NCBI GenBank assembly: GCA_048938005.1
Contig: JBHLMQ010000007.1
Coordinates: 1 to 63,364, forward strand
Source: Promethearchaeota archaeon
Lineage (GTDB): Archaea; Asgardarchaeota; Lokiarchaeia; Sigyniarchaeales; SOKP01
Reading direction: 5' to 3'
DNA: 63,364 nucleotides
Of the stretch, positions 29,413 to 38,993 are shown piece after piece. The notes beneath the pieces are model-generated. The model was not told the DNA's origin. It worked only from the letters and a program-made list of their open reading frames with translations, and did no database searches. The position numbers were made by a program, and so were the translations under genes. Positions within the stretch are counted from its first letter, which is position 1; each line of letters starts with the position of its first letter.

Positions 29413-30101
29413 TTAAGAAACTCTGTAATTTTTCTGTTAGATAATTCTTCCCTTATTATTCTTTTAGTTGTATCCCACGACTTCCTAGCAAAAATAGGTG
29501 GCTTTTTATTTTTTTTTACATATTCTCTCAGGAATTCTATTGTTCTAACATCAGAAGGGTATCCTGAACCAAAATTTCCATGTTTATTTTGGAGTTCTTC
29601 TATTAAGGCATCTCTTCTATCTTTAGCTATTATGGAACCTGCTGATACTATTGGATATATGTCATCAGCTTTATGTCTAGAGATTATTTTTTTGGGGGCA
29701 TAATTTAATAAACTTTTAATAGATTTTCCGAATCTTTGTTCATTTACATCAGCAGCATCTATATAGATTATATCTGGTTTTAAACTGTTAATAATATCTG
29801 CCATCTTCATTTCTTCAAGTCGATTCATTGTAATTTTTTTAATCTCTCTCGCATCAATTTCCTGAGGACTAATAACAGCGATTTTATGGGAATAACAATT
29901 ATTCATTAATATCTTGGCTAATTCACTCCTCTTTTTAGGAGATAATCTCTTTGAATCTTTGACCCCTATTTCAGATAAATAGCCTAATTTTGATTTAACA
30001 AAACATACTCCACATAAAACCATAGGACCTAAGACAGAGCCCCTTAACATATAATTCGAATTGAATTAAATTCTACCAGCCTCGTCTATCCCACAAATCA
30101 A
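29409..30101 (-). CDS. rnhB: Ribonuclease HII, interrupted by a 30-nt insert (exons 30101-30073 and 30042-29409)
   Basis: TTG ATT TGT GGG ATA GAC GAG GCT GGT AG|insert|G GGC TCT gives MICGIDEAGRGSVLGPMV; also VKDSKRL, HKADD..PIVSAGSIIAK, GSGYPSD and a C-terminal PIP-like KITEFL. Confidence 0.92.
30043..30072 (-). other. Candidate BHB-type intron in rnhB mRNA
   Basis: AATTTAATTCAATTCGAATTATATGTTAAG contains an in-frame TAA, folds into a hairpin, and is flanked by two 3-nt bulges (AG|A, AG|G) around a 4-bp UGGU/GUUA helix. Confidence 0.7.
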
Positions 30102-30114
30102 TTCTTTTTTATCC

Positions 30115-31116
30115 TCATGATTCTTGGATGAGTTCAATGAATTCTTCTTCATCATCCACTTTTTCTAAATTATTAATTTTAACAATAGGAATATTTCCTT
30201 TTTTAAATGTTTCAGGAATTTTTATATCTTTACCAATAATTAACAATGAAGTCTTTTGAAATAAATCTGCGAACATTTTTAGACATTTGAAACTCATTTC
30301 ATTGACGTTTTCTTGTTCTTCTGAAATACCAGAAAAAAGAGGATAAAATCCTTCTAACTCTCTTTTTTCAGATGGAGAGTATAAAGATAATTTGAATGGT
30401 ATTGACCCTTTCTTATACCAATATGAAGAGAGACCGATATCCTTTATTATATTTTGAACATGGGATTCAAATTCACTTAACTCTTTCTCTTCAAGGATTT
30501 TTTTATCATCAAAAACATTCTCAAGGGGCCATCCAAAAACGTTTATTTTTTTGAAAAGATCATTATTTTCTAATATCTCTAATATCTTTTCAGCCATTTT
30601 TTCAGATGGACGCATAGATTCATTTTCATATGCACACAAGGTCCTTTTCGTTACACCTAGACTTTCTGATAGTTCTTTTCTTGTTATTGAATTATTTTCT
30701 CTCAATATTTTCATTAAAGCCCCATTTAAAAATACTACTCCACCACCTCTTCTTGCTAGGATATAAGGATATCTGTCGTGAAGAATATTCTCAAATGTAT
30801 TAAGAGTAATAAAGGGCAAACCTTCTCTTATATAGATTGTGTTGTCATCTAATTTTTGATATCGATTCCTTAGTCCAATTAATAATGGCTTTGATTTAAG
30901 AATTGTAGATAAAGATTTGATATCTCGAATTATATCTGGGTTTAAATTATCAATATTAGGAAATACTTTTACACTAAATATCTGATCTTCTTTTTTAACT
31001 AAGAGATCAAAACAGAATTTGTTTTTCTTAGTGGCAAAATTTCCCAATACCAATGTTTCATAATTAGCTTTCTTTAATAGAACGTCAATTCTTTCAAGAA
31101 TCTTTTCAGTCATCAA
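30115..31116 (-). CDS. Archaeal HTH (XRE-type) transcriptional regulator with N-terminal nuclease-like fold
   Basis: CFDLLVKK..KVFPNID, ARRGGGVVFLNG, ITRKELSESLGVTKRTLCAYE. Confidence 0.8.
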   Translation of the reverse strand: MMTEKILERIDVLLKKANYETLVLGNFATKKNKFCFDLLVKKEDQIFSVKVFPNIDNLNPDIIRDIKSLSTILKSKPLLIGLRNRYQKLDDNTIYIREGLPFITLNTFENILHDRYPYILARRGGGVVFLNGALMKILRENNSITRKELSESLGVTKRTLCAYENESMRPSEKMAEKILEILENNDLFKKINVFGWPLENVFDDKKILEEKELSEFESHVQNIIKDIGLSSYWYKKGSIPFKLSLYSPSEKRELEGFYPLFSGISEEQENVNEMSFKCLKMFADLFQKTSLLIIGKDIKIPETFKKGNIPIVKINNLEKVDDEEEFIELIQES

Positions 31117-31229
31117 ATCTAATCTTTAATAAATATTATTCTATAAAAAAATTATTCTTTTTTCTATTAGGTAATATCACTCTACAAATTTATTGCGTTT
31201 ATCTTAAAAAATTGAAAAAATTCAGAAAT

Positions 31230-31805
31230 TTACATATTTTTTTTATTAGATATTCTAAGAAGATCAGAATCAGTAATTATTCCAATATAATCATTGTTTT
31301 CTTTTACCAAAACAGCAGGATACTTCAAGAGTAAATCAGATATATCCTTCACATTCCAATTTTTATCAATTTCAGGGAAAGGTAATTCTTTTATAAGAGA
31401 TATATCCATATTGATAATTTCTGGATTATCTGTTACGTATTTCTGTATTTTTTTAGATGTTATACTACCAAAATTCTGATTATTCTCTATTATTGGTAAT
31501 TGTGAGATTTCGTGGTTATTCATTAGATCTACTGCTTCTCTTATAGTAGAATTAGGTTTTATAGATTGAATCTTGATAGTCATAATATCTTCGGCATGTT
31601 TTTTAGATTTTTCTCGTATCTTCCTTTCATTCTCTAGATATTCATAGATTTTTTTTAATTTTGAATATGGAGGATCTATGGTTCCATTTTCAATTCTAGA
31701 AATTGTAGATTGTGGAATATTTAATATTTCTCCTAGTTCTTTTTGATTGATATTCAATTTTTTCCTTAAATTTTTAATATCGCTCAAAGAGGGTAATATT
31801 TCCAT
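31230..31805 (-). CDS. XRE-HTH + CBS-pair transcriptional regulator
   Basis: LRKKLNINQKELG...QSTISRIENG..DP; SQLPII, GIITDSDLL. Confidence 0.88.
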   Translation of the reverse strand: MEILPSLSDIKNLRKKLNINQKELGEILNIPQSTISRIENGTIDPPYSKLKKIYEYLENERKIREKSKKHAEDIMTIKIQSIKPNSTIREAVDLMNNHEISQLPIIENNQNFGSITSKKIQKYVTDNPEIINMDISLIKELPFPEIDKNWNVKDISDLLLKYPAVLVKENNDYIGIITDSDLLRISNKKNM

Positions 31806-31992
31806 AGTTTAACAAGAATATTTTATGCGTCTTATGCATATTATAATTACAAAATATTTATAGATTATTAATTATAATCCAATATGAAATGCAATGACTG
31901 CATTTTTCATTTAATAAGGAATTTAACTGATAAATAATTTAAAAATATATTTAAAAGAACTATTTATACAACTAAGAAGTTGGTTAAATGCT

Positions 31993-33237
31993 ATGTTAAA
32001 AATTACGAAAGCCAATTTTTTACCAATAGAACAAAGTGAATTCCCAGAACTCTGTGAAAGGAAGGGGATTGGACATCCTGATACTGTTTGCGACGCTGTT
32101 GCTGATGCTTGCTCCAGAGCTTTATGTGCTTATTATCTTGAAAATTTCAATAGAGTATATCACCATAATGTCGATAAGGCTGCCCTCGTTGGAGGTACTG
32201 CGAAACCAGAATATGGTGGAGGTCAAATTATCCAACCACAATATTTTCTCATTGTTGGAAGAGCAATAAATCAAATTCTTACAGAATGTGGCGATGGTAC
32301 AAATAAACTCGAGTATGTTCCTATTCCAACTATTTGTTTAGAAACCCAACGTGAAGTTCTTTCCAATATTTTTAGAAATCTTGACTTAAATAAAGATATC
32401 CAGTTTGATTATGCAGTTCGTCCGGGATCAATAGATTTAACAGGAGTTTTTGATGAATCCCATCATACTGAAGAAGTTCCACTTGCTAATGATACAAGTT
32501 TTGGTGTTGGTTATGCCCCATATTCGGATGTAGAGAGAATTACTTTAGAAGCTGAGAAATTAATTAATTCAAATAAATTTAAAGATAAATGTATTGCCTC
32601 TGGGGAAGATGTGAAGGTTATGACAGAACGAATAGGGAATAATATTGGAATAACAGTAGCTGCTGCCATGATTAGTAAATATGTAAATGATGCTAGTGAA
32701 TATGTTAATTACACTAATCAAATTAAAGACACTATTTTGGATTTAGCCGCAGATGTTATACCAGAACGAGATGTAACATGCCAAGTAAATGTAGCAGATA
32801 ACATTGAAAAAGGGATCTTATATTTGACCATTACTGGCACATCTGCTGAAGCTGGTGATGATGGAGAAGTAGGCCGTGGTAATAGGTCAAATGGACTAAT
32901 AACTCCTTGCAGACCTATGAGTTTGGAGGCGGTTTGTGGAAAGAACCCAATTAACCATGTGGGGAAGCTTTATAACGTTCTTGGAACAGAGATCGCAAGA
33001 GAAATTGTAAAAAGAGGACAAGGAGATATTATAGAAGCACATGTTAAGCTCTTATCTCAGATTGGAAGACCAATAACTGATCCATGGGTAAATTCAATTG
33101 AACTAATTCCTGCTGATAATGTAAGCTTTAATTCAGTAAAGAAAATTGCAGAAGAAGTATCTGATGAAAAGCTTAGTAAAGAAAGCTTTTTTGATTTAAG
33201 AAAGAGACTTATTGCAGGGAAAGTCCAAGTATTTTAG
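31993..33237 (+). CDS. mat: Archaeal S-adenosylmethionine synthetase
   Basis: [49 protein letters not shown]. Confidence 0.96.
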   Translation: MLKITKANFLPIEQSEFPELCERKGIGHPDTVCDAVADACSRALCAYYLENFNRVYHHNVDKAALVGGTAKPEYGGGQIIQPQYFLIVGRAINQILTECGDGTNKLEYVPIPTICLETQREVLSNIFRNLDLNKDIQFDYAVRPGSIDLTGVFDESHHTEEVPLANDTSFGVGYAPYSDVERITLEAEKLINSNKFKDKCIASGEDVKVMTERIGNNIGITVAAAMISKYVNDASEYVNYTNQIKDTILDLAADVIPERDVTCQVNVADNIEKGILYLTITGTSAEAGDDGEVGRGNRSNGLITPCRPMSLEAVCGKNPINHVGKLYNVLGTEIAREIVKRGQGDIIEAHVKLLSQIGRPITDPWVNSIELIPADNVSFNSVKKIAEEVSDEKLSKESFFDLRKRLIAGKVQVF

Positions 33238-33366
33238 TAGTTATAATTGAAAAACAAATTTTTATTTTTTCCTCTTTTTTTATTTATTGGGTTTCAAGTT
33301 TGAGAAGAAATTATTCAAATTTATTTTAAAGCTTCCTTAAAATTAGATTTCTAAGGTGATTATCGA

Positions 33367-33633
33367 GTGAGTTTAGACAAGTGGCTTAAGTCGGAAGATG
33401 TTACAAAAAAATCAAGGAAAAAAAAGGAATCACCAATTCAAGCTAAAAAAGGTAAAGATGAACAAATACAAAATAAAGATCTTCAACGACTATCAATTAA
33501 ATTAACTAAATATGTGCTTGTTTGTCCAAATGCAAAATGTAAATATCAAAAAACAATCATGAAAAAGCAACTCACTGATGATGATAAAACTTGCCCTAAA
33601 TGCAATAAAAAAATGAAAACTAAGGTGGCGTAA
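33367..33633 (+). CDS. Small basic zinc-ribbon protein
   Basis: CPNAKC...CPKC; AGGTGA RBS before the GTG start. Confidence 0.7.
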   Translation: MSLDKWLKSEDVTKKSRKKKESPIQAKKGKDEQIQNKDLQRLSIKLTKYVLVCPNAKCKYQKTIMKKQLTDDDKTCPKCNKKMKTKVA

Positions 33634-33642
33634 ATTTACATT

Positions 33643-33885
33643 TTAAGCCAAAATCTGATTAATACTTCCTTTATGTGTGGGAAGGTTATCTAAATCAAAA
33701 ACAGATTCACAATTGGGACAGGTGTTAGGTTTTTTACTGTATTTTAAGATAAAATAAATTATAAACCCCAAACCTAAAGTTAGGATAACCATAAAGCAGA
33801 GTACCTCGTGGTAAACGTGCTCGAAATTCTTTCGACGTAATTCAACCTCCTTTTCGCAAGTTGGACAATAAACAATATGACCCAT
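33643..33885 (-). CDS. LITAF-like zinc-ribbon membrane protein
   Basis: CPTC - hydrophobic segment - CPNC arrangement. Confidence 0.65.
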   Translation of the reverse strand: MGHIVYCPTCEKEVELRRKNFEHVYHEVLCFMVILTLGLGFIIYFILKYSKKPNTCPNCESVFDLDNLPTHKGSINQILA

Positions 33886-33941
33886 TTGTTAGTTTTCCCA
33901 GATTCTTTTATAATATTTAAATTTAAGATGATGCCATATAA

Positions 33942-34685
33942 TTATTTTTTGTTTAATATAAAATTATTATCAATTTTATTCCATTTTTTCGCGGGTCGCC
34001 CAAAATGTATGAAATTCTTCTCAAGTCTTTGGTTTATATTAGTATAACTTCCCATTCCTAAAATTGCTCCTTCTTCTACAATAGTTCCTGGAGCAATCAC
34101 ACTATATGCACCAATTGTGCATCCATCCTTTAAAATTACTTTTTTCACTAAGAGAAAATCTCCTAAAATTAATGAACTCATAATTATTGACCCTTCACCA
34201 AGAATACTGTTATTACCAATTTCTATAAAATCAGAATCAATAAAACTGTCTAATACTCCCGTATTAGAGAGAATTTTTATATTAAATAGTTTTAAGGCTA
34301 ATATTTTTGCCCAAGGCAATGGAAAGTAGTTAAATATTTTTAAAACAAAAGTTTTTAAAGTTCTTCTGAATAGAAAGAAGAAAAAATCCCTATCATGCAA
34401 ATTTCTCTGAAAAATTCCCTCTTGCGGGGTATGAATTAAATTAGCTAGGATTAAAATTAATTTAGCAAATAATAGGAGTAAAAGAATAAAAATAGAATAG
34501 TAAATAACAAGTGAAATTGGTAAAAAGCATATTATTATTATCGGATCAATCCAAAAGGAAAAAATTTGGAAGAATAATATAAAAATTAAACAAGTAGGAA
34601 AAAAAGAAAGCCAAATTAAGATTGGATAAAGCCAAAAGAATTTATTTTTATTTAACACATTATTCGTTACTATTATAGAATTCAA
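33942..34685 (-). CDS. Membrane-bound hexapeptide-repeat (left-handed beta-helix) acyltransferase-like protein
   Basis: Two TM helices, then IEIGNNSILGEGS...IGAYSVIAPGTIV...GRPAK. Confidence 0.75.
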   Translation of the reverse strand: MNSIIVTNNVLNKNKFFWLYPILIWLSFFPTCLIFILFFQIFSFWIDPIIIICFLPISLVIYYSIFILLLLLFAKLILILANLIHTPQEGIFQRNLHDRDFFFFLFRRTLKTFVLKIFNYFPLPWAKILALKLFNIKILSNTGVLDSFIDSDFIEIGNNSILGEGSIIMSSLILGDFLLVKKVILKDGCTIGAYSVIAPGTIVEEGAILGMGSYTNINQRLEKNFIHFGRPAKKWNKIDNNFILNKK

Positions 34686-34707
34686 CTCAGTTATTAAAAT
34701 CGCCCTC

Positions 34708-36318
34708 CTATTTTAAACAACCATTAATTTGATTATTTTTGAGAAATAAATCATGCATGTCCAGGTTAAAAGAATGAATTAATTCAGTATTGGAAATTTT
34801 CATTAAGGGTGCATTGTAATAAACTGAATTAGACGTTAATTTTTCATACTTAGCAATTACTGATAATGGAAGTATCGATACATTTTGCTCAATCTCCGCT
34901 CCTGGAGAAATGCAACAATTATCTGAAATAACTACATTATCTCTTATAACAATGCCTTTTACGGTTAAGTTTTTGTCCCATAAATGATTAGTTAATAATA
35001 GTTTTCCTAGGTATACGTTATTTCCTAATTCTAAATCCTCCTTAGCTAAATAGGAATCCTCGATAACTGTATTTTTGCCAATCCGACAATTCCCTAATAT
35101 ATTGAACGCAAAATTCACTAACCATGGAAAGAGACTTTTATGTAATTTCCATTTGAAATATCTCAATAAAAAGGAGCGTCTAAAGTAATACTTGTACTCC
35201 TTATTCTTATTTTCCCAATGGAAAATCCCTTCCTTAACAGGATTTAAAGATTGGATAATGTTGTAAAAGATTTTTGTAAGAACAATTAAAGAAATTAGAT
35301 TTGTTAAAGATAAAACGATAATAATTAAGGGAGAGGTTAGAAAAATTACAAGAGAGGGGATATTTGTAAAAAGAGAAAAAAAATTTGGTATTTGCAAAAA
35401 ATATGGAATGAAAAGCTCAATACTAAAGTAAATAACTCCTAGCACTGGAATCAAATTAGATAAAAAGTATATAATTCCAAATATAAATAAACCAAATTTT
35501 AAATTCTTGACAAATTTCTTTTCTTGGAACCTTAATTTTTGTGATTTATTCTTATACTTAATGCTTTGATTGAAAATATTATTATTAAATATAGTTTCTT
35601 TTAGTTTTTGAATTGAGGGTATTGTATTTATTTCGGTTTTATATTCTTCAACAGGAAAACCGAGATATATGGAATTTGGTTTTAATTTCTGATTATATTT
35701 TGTAACAGACATTGTCCCTATAATTGAATTCTTACCTATCTGAGTTCCTGGACTGATAAATGAATTTGAGCCAATTATTACATTTTCTCCAATTTTTACT
35801 TTTTTAATAATTAAATAATCTCCAAAAATCATACTAGCTTTTATGGAAGTTCCTTTCCCAATAGAAACATTTTTACCATATTCAATAAATCCTGCATCAT
35901 TATCAAACCATCTAAAAATTAACTTATGTATAAATGGCAAGGGAATAAATTTAGAAATCCATATTGGCCATTTTTTTATCACTGCTCTTAAACTCCAAAA
36001 GTAATAGTTACGATCTTTTTTTTTTCTCTTAAAAACGCCCTCCTCAGGTTTGTGAATGAGATTGATTATACTTAGAAATATTTTTGCCAAGAGAATAGAA
36101 CTTAAGACTAAAATTTGATATCCAATATAAATTTGAATTGGAAATAAGACAATAGAGAAGAATATATTATATTCTATAATTTTCCAGAATAGATATAATT
36201 CTAAAAGTAATGGTAGTATCGAGCCCCAAATAATTACGAAATAAAAAATAAGAAATTTTTTTGATGCTAATGTGTTAGTTGTAAAGGGACCATCAAAAAC
36301 TGAGACAGGAGTAGACAT
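34708..36318 (-). CDS. Membrane protein with two TM-pair + hexapeptide-repeat modules
   Basis: Two copies of TM-TM-PxEGxF-beta-helix (IGENVIIGSNSFISPG; IRDNVVISDNCCISPG). Confidence 0.75.
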   Translation of the reverse strand: MSTPVSVFDGPFTTNTLASKKFLIFYFVIIWGSILPLLLELYLFWKIIEYNIFFSIVLFPIQIYIGYQILVLSSILLAKIFLSIINLIHKPEEGVFKRKKKDRNYYFWSLRAVIKKWPIWISKFIPLPFIHKLIFRWFDNDAGFIEYGKNVSIGKGTSIKASMIFGDYLIIKKVKIGENVIIGSNSFISPGTQIGKNSIIGTMSVTKYNQKLKPNSIYLGFPVEEYKTEINTIPSIQKLKETIFNNNIFNQSIKYKNKSQKLRFQEKKFVKNLKFGLFIFGIIYFLSNLIPVLGVIYFSIELFIPYFLQIPNFFSLFTNIPSLVIFLTSPLIIIVLSLTNLISLIVLTKIFYNIIQSLNPVKEGIFHWENKNKEYKYYFRRSFLLRYFKWKLHKSLFPWLVNFAFNILGNCRIGKNTVIEDSYLAKEDLELGNNVYLGKLLLTNHLWDKNLTVKGIVIRDNVVISDNCCISPGAEIEQNVSILPLSVIAKYEKLTSNSVYYNAPLMKISNTELIHSFNLDMHDLFLKNNQINGCLK

Positions 36319-36456
36319 TGTTGCATCAAATTGAAATTCATATTAAGATGTGAGAATAGTATATTCTTTAAAAATTAAGTTTTTTGAAACATGATTTAGT
36401 CAAAATGCATGGAATATACTTAAATTTTTAAGAAATCAATGAGATTTTTTATGAAA

Positions 36457-36612
36457 TTATTTAAATCCCCTATAAACAGGTTTATCTTCCGGTTTTTTCT
36501 GTTTCTTTTCACCAGTCGTCAATATATCCCAGGTACTATTGACTCCCAAGTCTTTTAATTTCTTGCGCTCCTCATCCAATGACATCTCATTTTCATTTTC
36601 ATCTTCACTCAT
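36457..36612 (-). CDS. Small hypothetical protein (51 aa), not in ORF track
   Basis: MSEDENENEMSLDEERKKLKDLGVNSTWDILTTGEKKQKKPEDKPVYRGFK; more GC-rich than the flanking intergenic DNA. Confidence 0.55.
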   Translation of the reverse strand: MSEDENENEMSLDEERKKLKDLGVNSTWDILTTGEKKQKKPEDKPVYRGFK

Positions 36613-36820
36613 GAGATACAATTATGAAATCTTTAATTTTAATTAACTAATAAACTTCAGATTAATATATTTTACTTAATTTAACATTAATAAGTCCCAT
36701 GAGAGAACACTAAAGACTTCAAGAAAAATAATAAGAAAAAAGAAGGTCAATAAAATTTTAAATCTTTAATTTTATAATTTATTAAAAAAGTATTTCTTTT
36801 AAAAATTAAATTTATTATAA

Positions 36821-37798
36821 TTGGTAGTTATTATGGCAAATTGTGCTCATTGTGGAGAAGAAATAGTTGGAGAGCCTTTTTATTGTAATGAATGTGGATA
36901 CAATTATTGTATAAGACATAAAGAACCAATAAATCATGATTGTAATATTATAATAGACAGTTTAAGAATACAACAATCCTCAACAACTCCAACAATTTCT
37001 CAAGAACAGATGTATCAACAACCAGTTACCCCCGGAGAAATACGAGGGACTACAGATGGAACATATACTTGGTATCGCCAAGAAAGTCAAATACCAGTGG
37101 ATGCCTTTGATCCTGATTCAGGTATTAGCTTCAAAGGAATCTTATTGCCCCACAAATCAGAATTATTTCATTTTATAATTGGAGTATCGCTGATTTTTAT
37201 TATCGGCCTTTTAACTTTCTATCCTAGTTTAATAAATACTGGATATGAGTGGGCAATTATCATGCTAGCAGGTTTTTATGCTACAGCTTTTCTCTTTCAT
37301 GAATTAGGGCATAGACAAGTAGCGAAACATTTTAAACTTCAAACAAAATTTAGGTTATTAACTTTTGGAATGATATTAACGGTTTTTGGTGTTGTTTTTA
37401 ATATTTATTCTTTAATATCAGGTGGAGCAAGTTTCCCATCCCTAGCCTTACCAGGCGCTGTTGTTGTTTTAGGCTTAAGTAAAATTGATAGAACTACTGG
37501 TTTATGTAAAGCAGCTGGACCTACAGTTAATCTTGTATATGGCACCATCCTCTTCATAGTTTCTTTCATAATCCCATCTTATTATTATCCACTCAACATG
37601 TTAATTGGATTAGCTGCAAATCTAAATTTTATGTTAGGTACTTTTAATATGATTCCCGTTGGCATCTTAGATGGGCAAAATATTTGGAAATGGAACAAAA
37701 AAGTATATATAACTCTATGTGGTTCATTATTAGTGCTACTAATATTAACATATATGCTTATTTATGCTCCAATCGGTTCTAATCCTTATTTTCCATAA
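36821..37798 (+). CDS. AN1 zinc finger + site-2 (M50) membrane metalloprotease
   Basis: CAHC..FYCNECGYNYCIRH..PINHDC; HELGH, AAGPTVN, FNMIPVGILDG. Confidence 0.88.
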   Translation: MVVIMANCAHCGEEIVGEPFYCNECGYNYCIRHKEPINHDCNIIIDSLRIQQSSTTPTISQEQMYQQPVTPGEIRGTTDGTYTWYRQESQIPVDAFDPDSGISFKGILLPHKSELFHFIIGVSLIFIIGLLTFYPSLINTGYEWAIIMLAGFYATAFLFHELGHRQVAKHFKLQTKFRLLTFGMILTVFGVVFNIYSLISGGASFPSLALPGAVVVLGLSKIDRTTGLCKAAGPTVNLVYGTILFIVSFIIPSYYYPLNMLIGLAANLNFMLGTFNMIPVGILDGQNIWKWNKKVYITLCGSLLVLLILTYMLIYAPIGSNPYFP

Positions 37799-37991
37799 AA
37801 GTGAAAGAGAATTTGGAATCTTAATTGAAATCTTTTATTATTTTTAAAATTTTGAAACTTTCCGGATTAAATAAGAGAAGGGGAAAAAAATAAAAAGTAA
37901 AAATTATGAAGGATGATAATTTTAAATTATTATACTTTAGATTCTTTGATAAAGATATTGAAATAATTTATTGCTTTCTTGGTGAATTAAA

Positions 37992-38930
37992 CTGACATAT
38001 TGTGAATTTTGCGGTGTTCAAATTAGTTATTTACCATTTACTTGTAAATACTGTGCAGGAACTTATTGTAAAAAACACCGTTTACCTGAAAACCACGAAT
38101 GTACATTTGAGTTAAAGCATGTGCCAGTTATTCCAACTACACAAAGAGAATCCCGCGGAAGATCGAAAGATGTTGTCTCACAAAAGCCACTACCACGTGT
38201 TTATTTAGATGAAGGTCCCAAGACTTTTAAGAAATACTTAAAAAGACAGGATAAACAAAGAGAAAGATTATTACGGAGCTTCGAAAAACCTTATACAAAA
38301 ATATCCCAATATCAAGGTACTAAGATTTTATTTATCATGATTATGTTATTTTCAATTATTGCTTTAATTTTTTATTATAATGAAATCCCTCAATATATAT
38401 ATTTGAGTTTGAACGGAATAGTGTATCAGTTTACATATTACACTATTTTTACTAGTCTTTTTGTTAGCTCTGGTGATATTTTAAGTCTTTTTTTCTTGTT
38501 TATTATGTTGTATATTTTATACTTTATGGCAAGAAATATTGAAAAGAGTTATGGTACTAAATTTTTAATTAAAATATATCTTATAGGATGTTTATTCTCA
38601 GCTATTTTTTACGTTTTACTAAGAGTTTTATTTATATTTTACCTTCCCCTAGATTATGCCGTTCTCGTAGGATTAGCTTGGGGTGGAATATTAAGTCTAA
38701 TATCATATTCAATATTTCCAATAATGAACCAACAAATTACTGCATTAATGTATTTTCTTCCCATTAGAATGAAAGGAAGATCTTTTTTAATAATGATTAT
38801 ATTATTCCGATTAATTCCTGCATTATTATATGCGCTATATGAACCAATATATATAGTATTTTATTTACCTGAATTGGGTGGCGTTTTAGGAGCTTATATT
38901 ATATATAAGTATAAATTTAGGAAACCATAA
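37992..38930 (+). CDS. AN1 zinc finger + rhomboid-fold membrane protein (catalytically inactive)
   Basis: Frame is open from a CTG at 37992 after a GGTGA RBS: TYCEFC..LPFTCKYCAGTYCKKHRLPENHEC; TM region YTIFTSLF..LFFLF..ARNIEKSYG. Confidence 0.75.
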   Translation: MTYCEFCGVQISYLPFTCKYCAGTYCKKHRLPENHECTFELKHVPVIPTTQRESRGRSKDVVSQKPLPRVYLDEGPKTFKKYLKRQDKQRERLLRSFEKPYTKISQYQGTKILFIMIMLFSIIALIFYYNEIPQYIYLSLNGIVYQFTYYTIFTSLFVSSGDILSLFFLFIMLYILYFMARNIEKSYGTKFLIKIYLIGCLFSAIFYVLLRVLFIFYLPLDYAVLVGLAWGGILSLISYSIFPIMNQQITALMYFLPIRMKGRSFLIMIILFRLIPALLYALYEPIYIVFYLPELGGVLGAYIIYKYKFRKP

Positions 38931-38993
38931 ATCCTACTTTAATTTTGTATCTAAATAAGTAAAAATTATCTAAGAATAAGGTTATTTCTAATA

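Noticed and set aside
29409-30050. Track ORF as a complete RNase HII starting MLRGSV
   Set aside because: Its ATG lies inside the insert and the product would lack the catalytic D/E residues.
30043-30076. GT...AG boundaries in the rnhB insert suggesting a spliceosomal-type intron
   Set aside because: Excising GT..AG removes 34 nt, shifts the frame and deletes the conserved Arg; only the 30-nt BHB excision restores DEAGRG.
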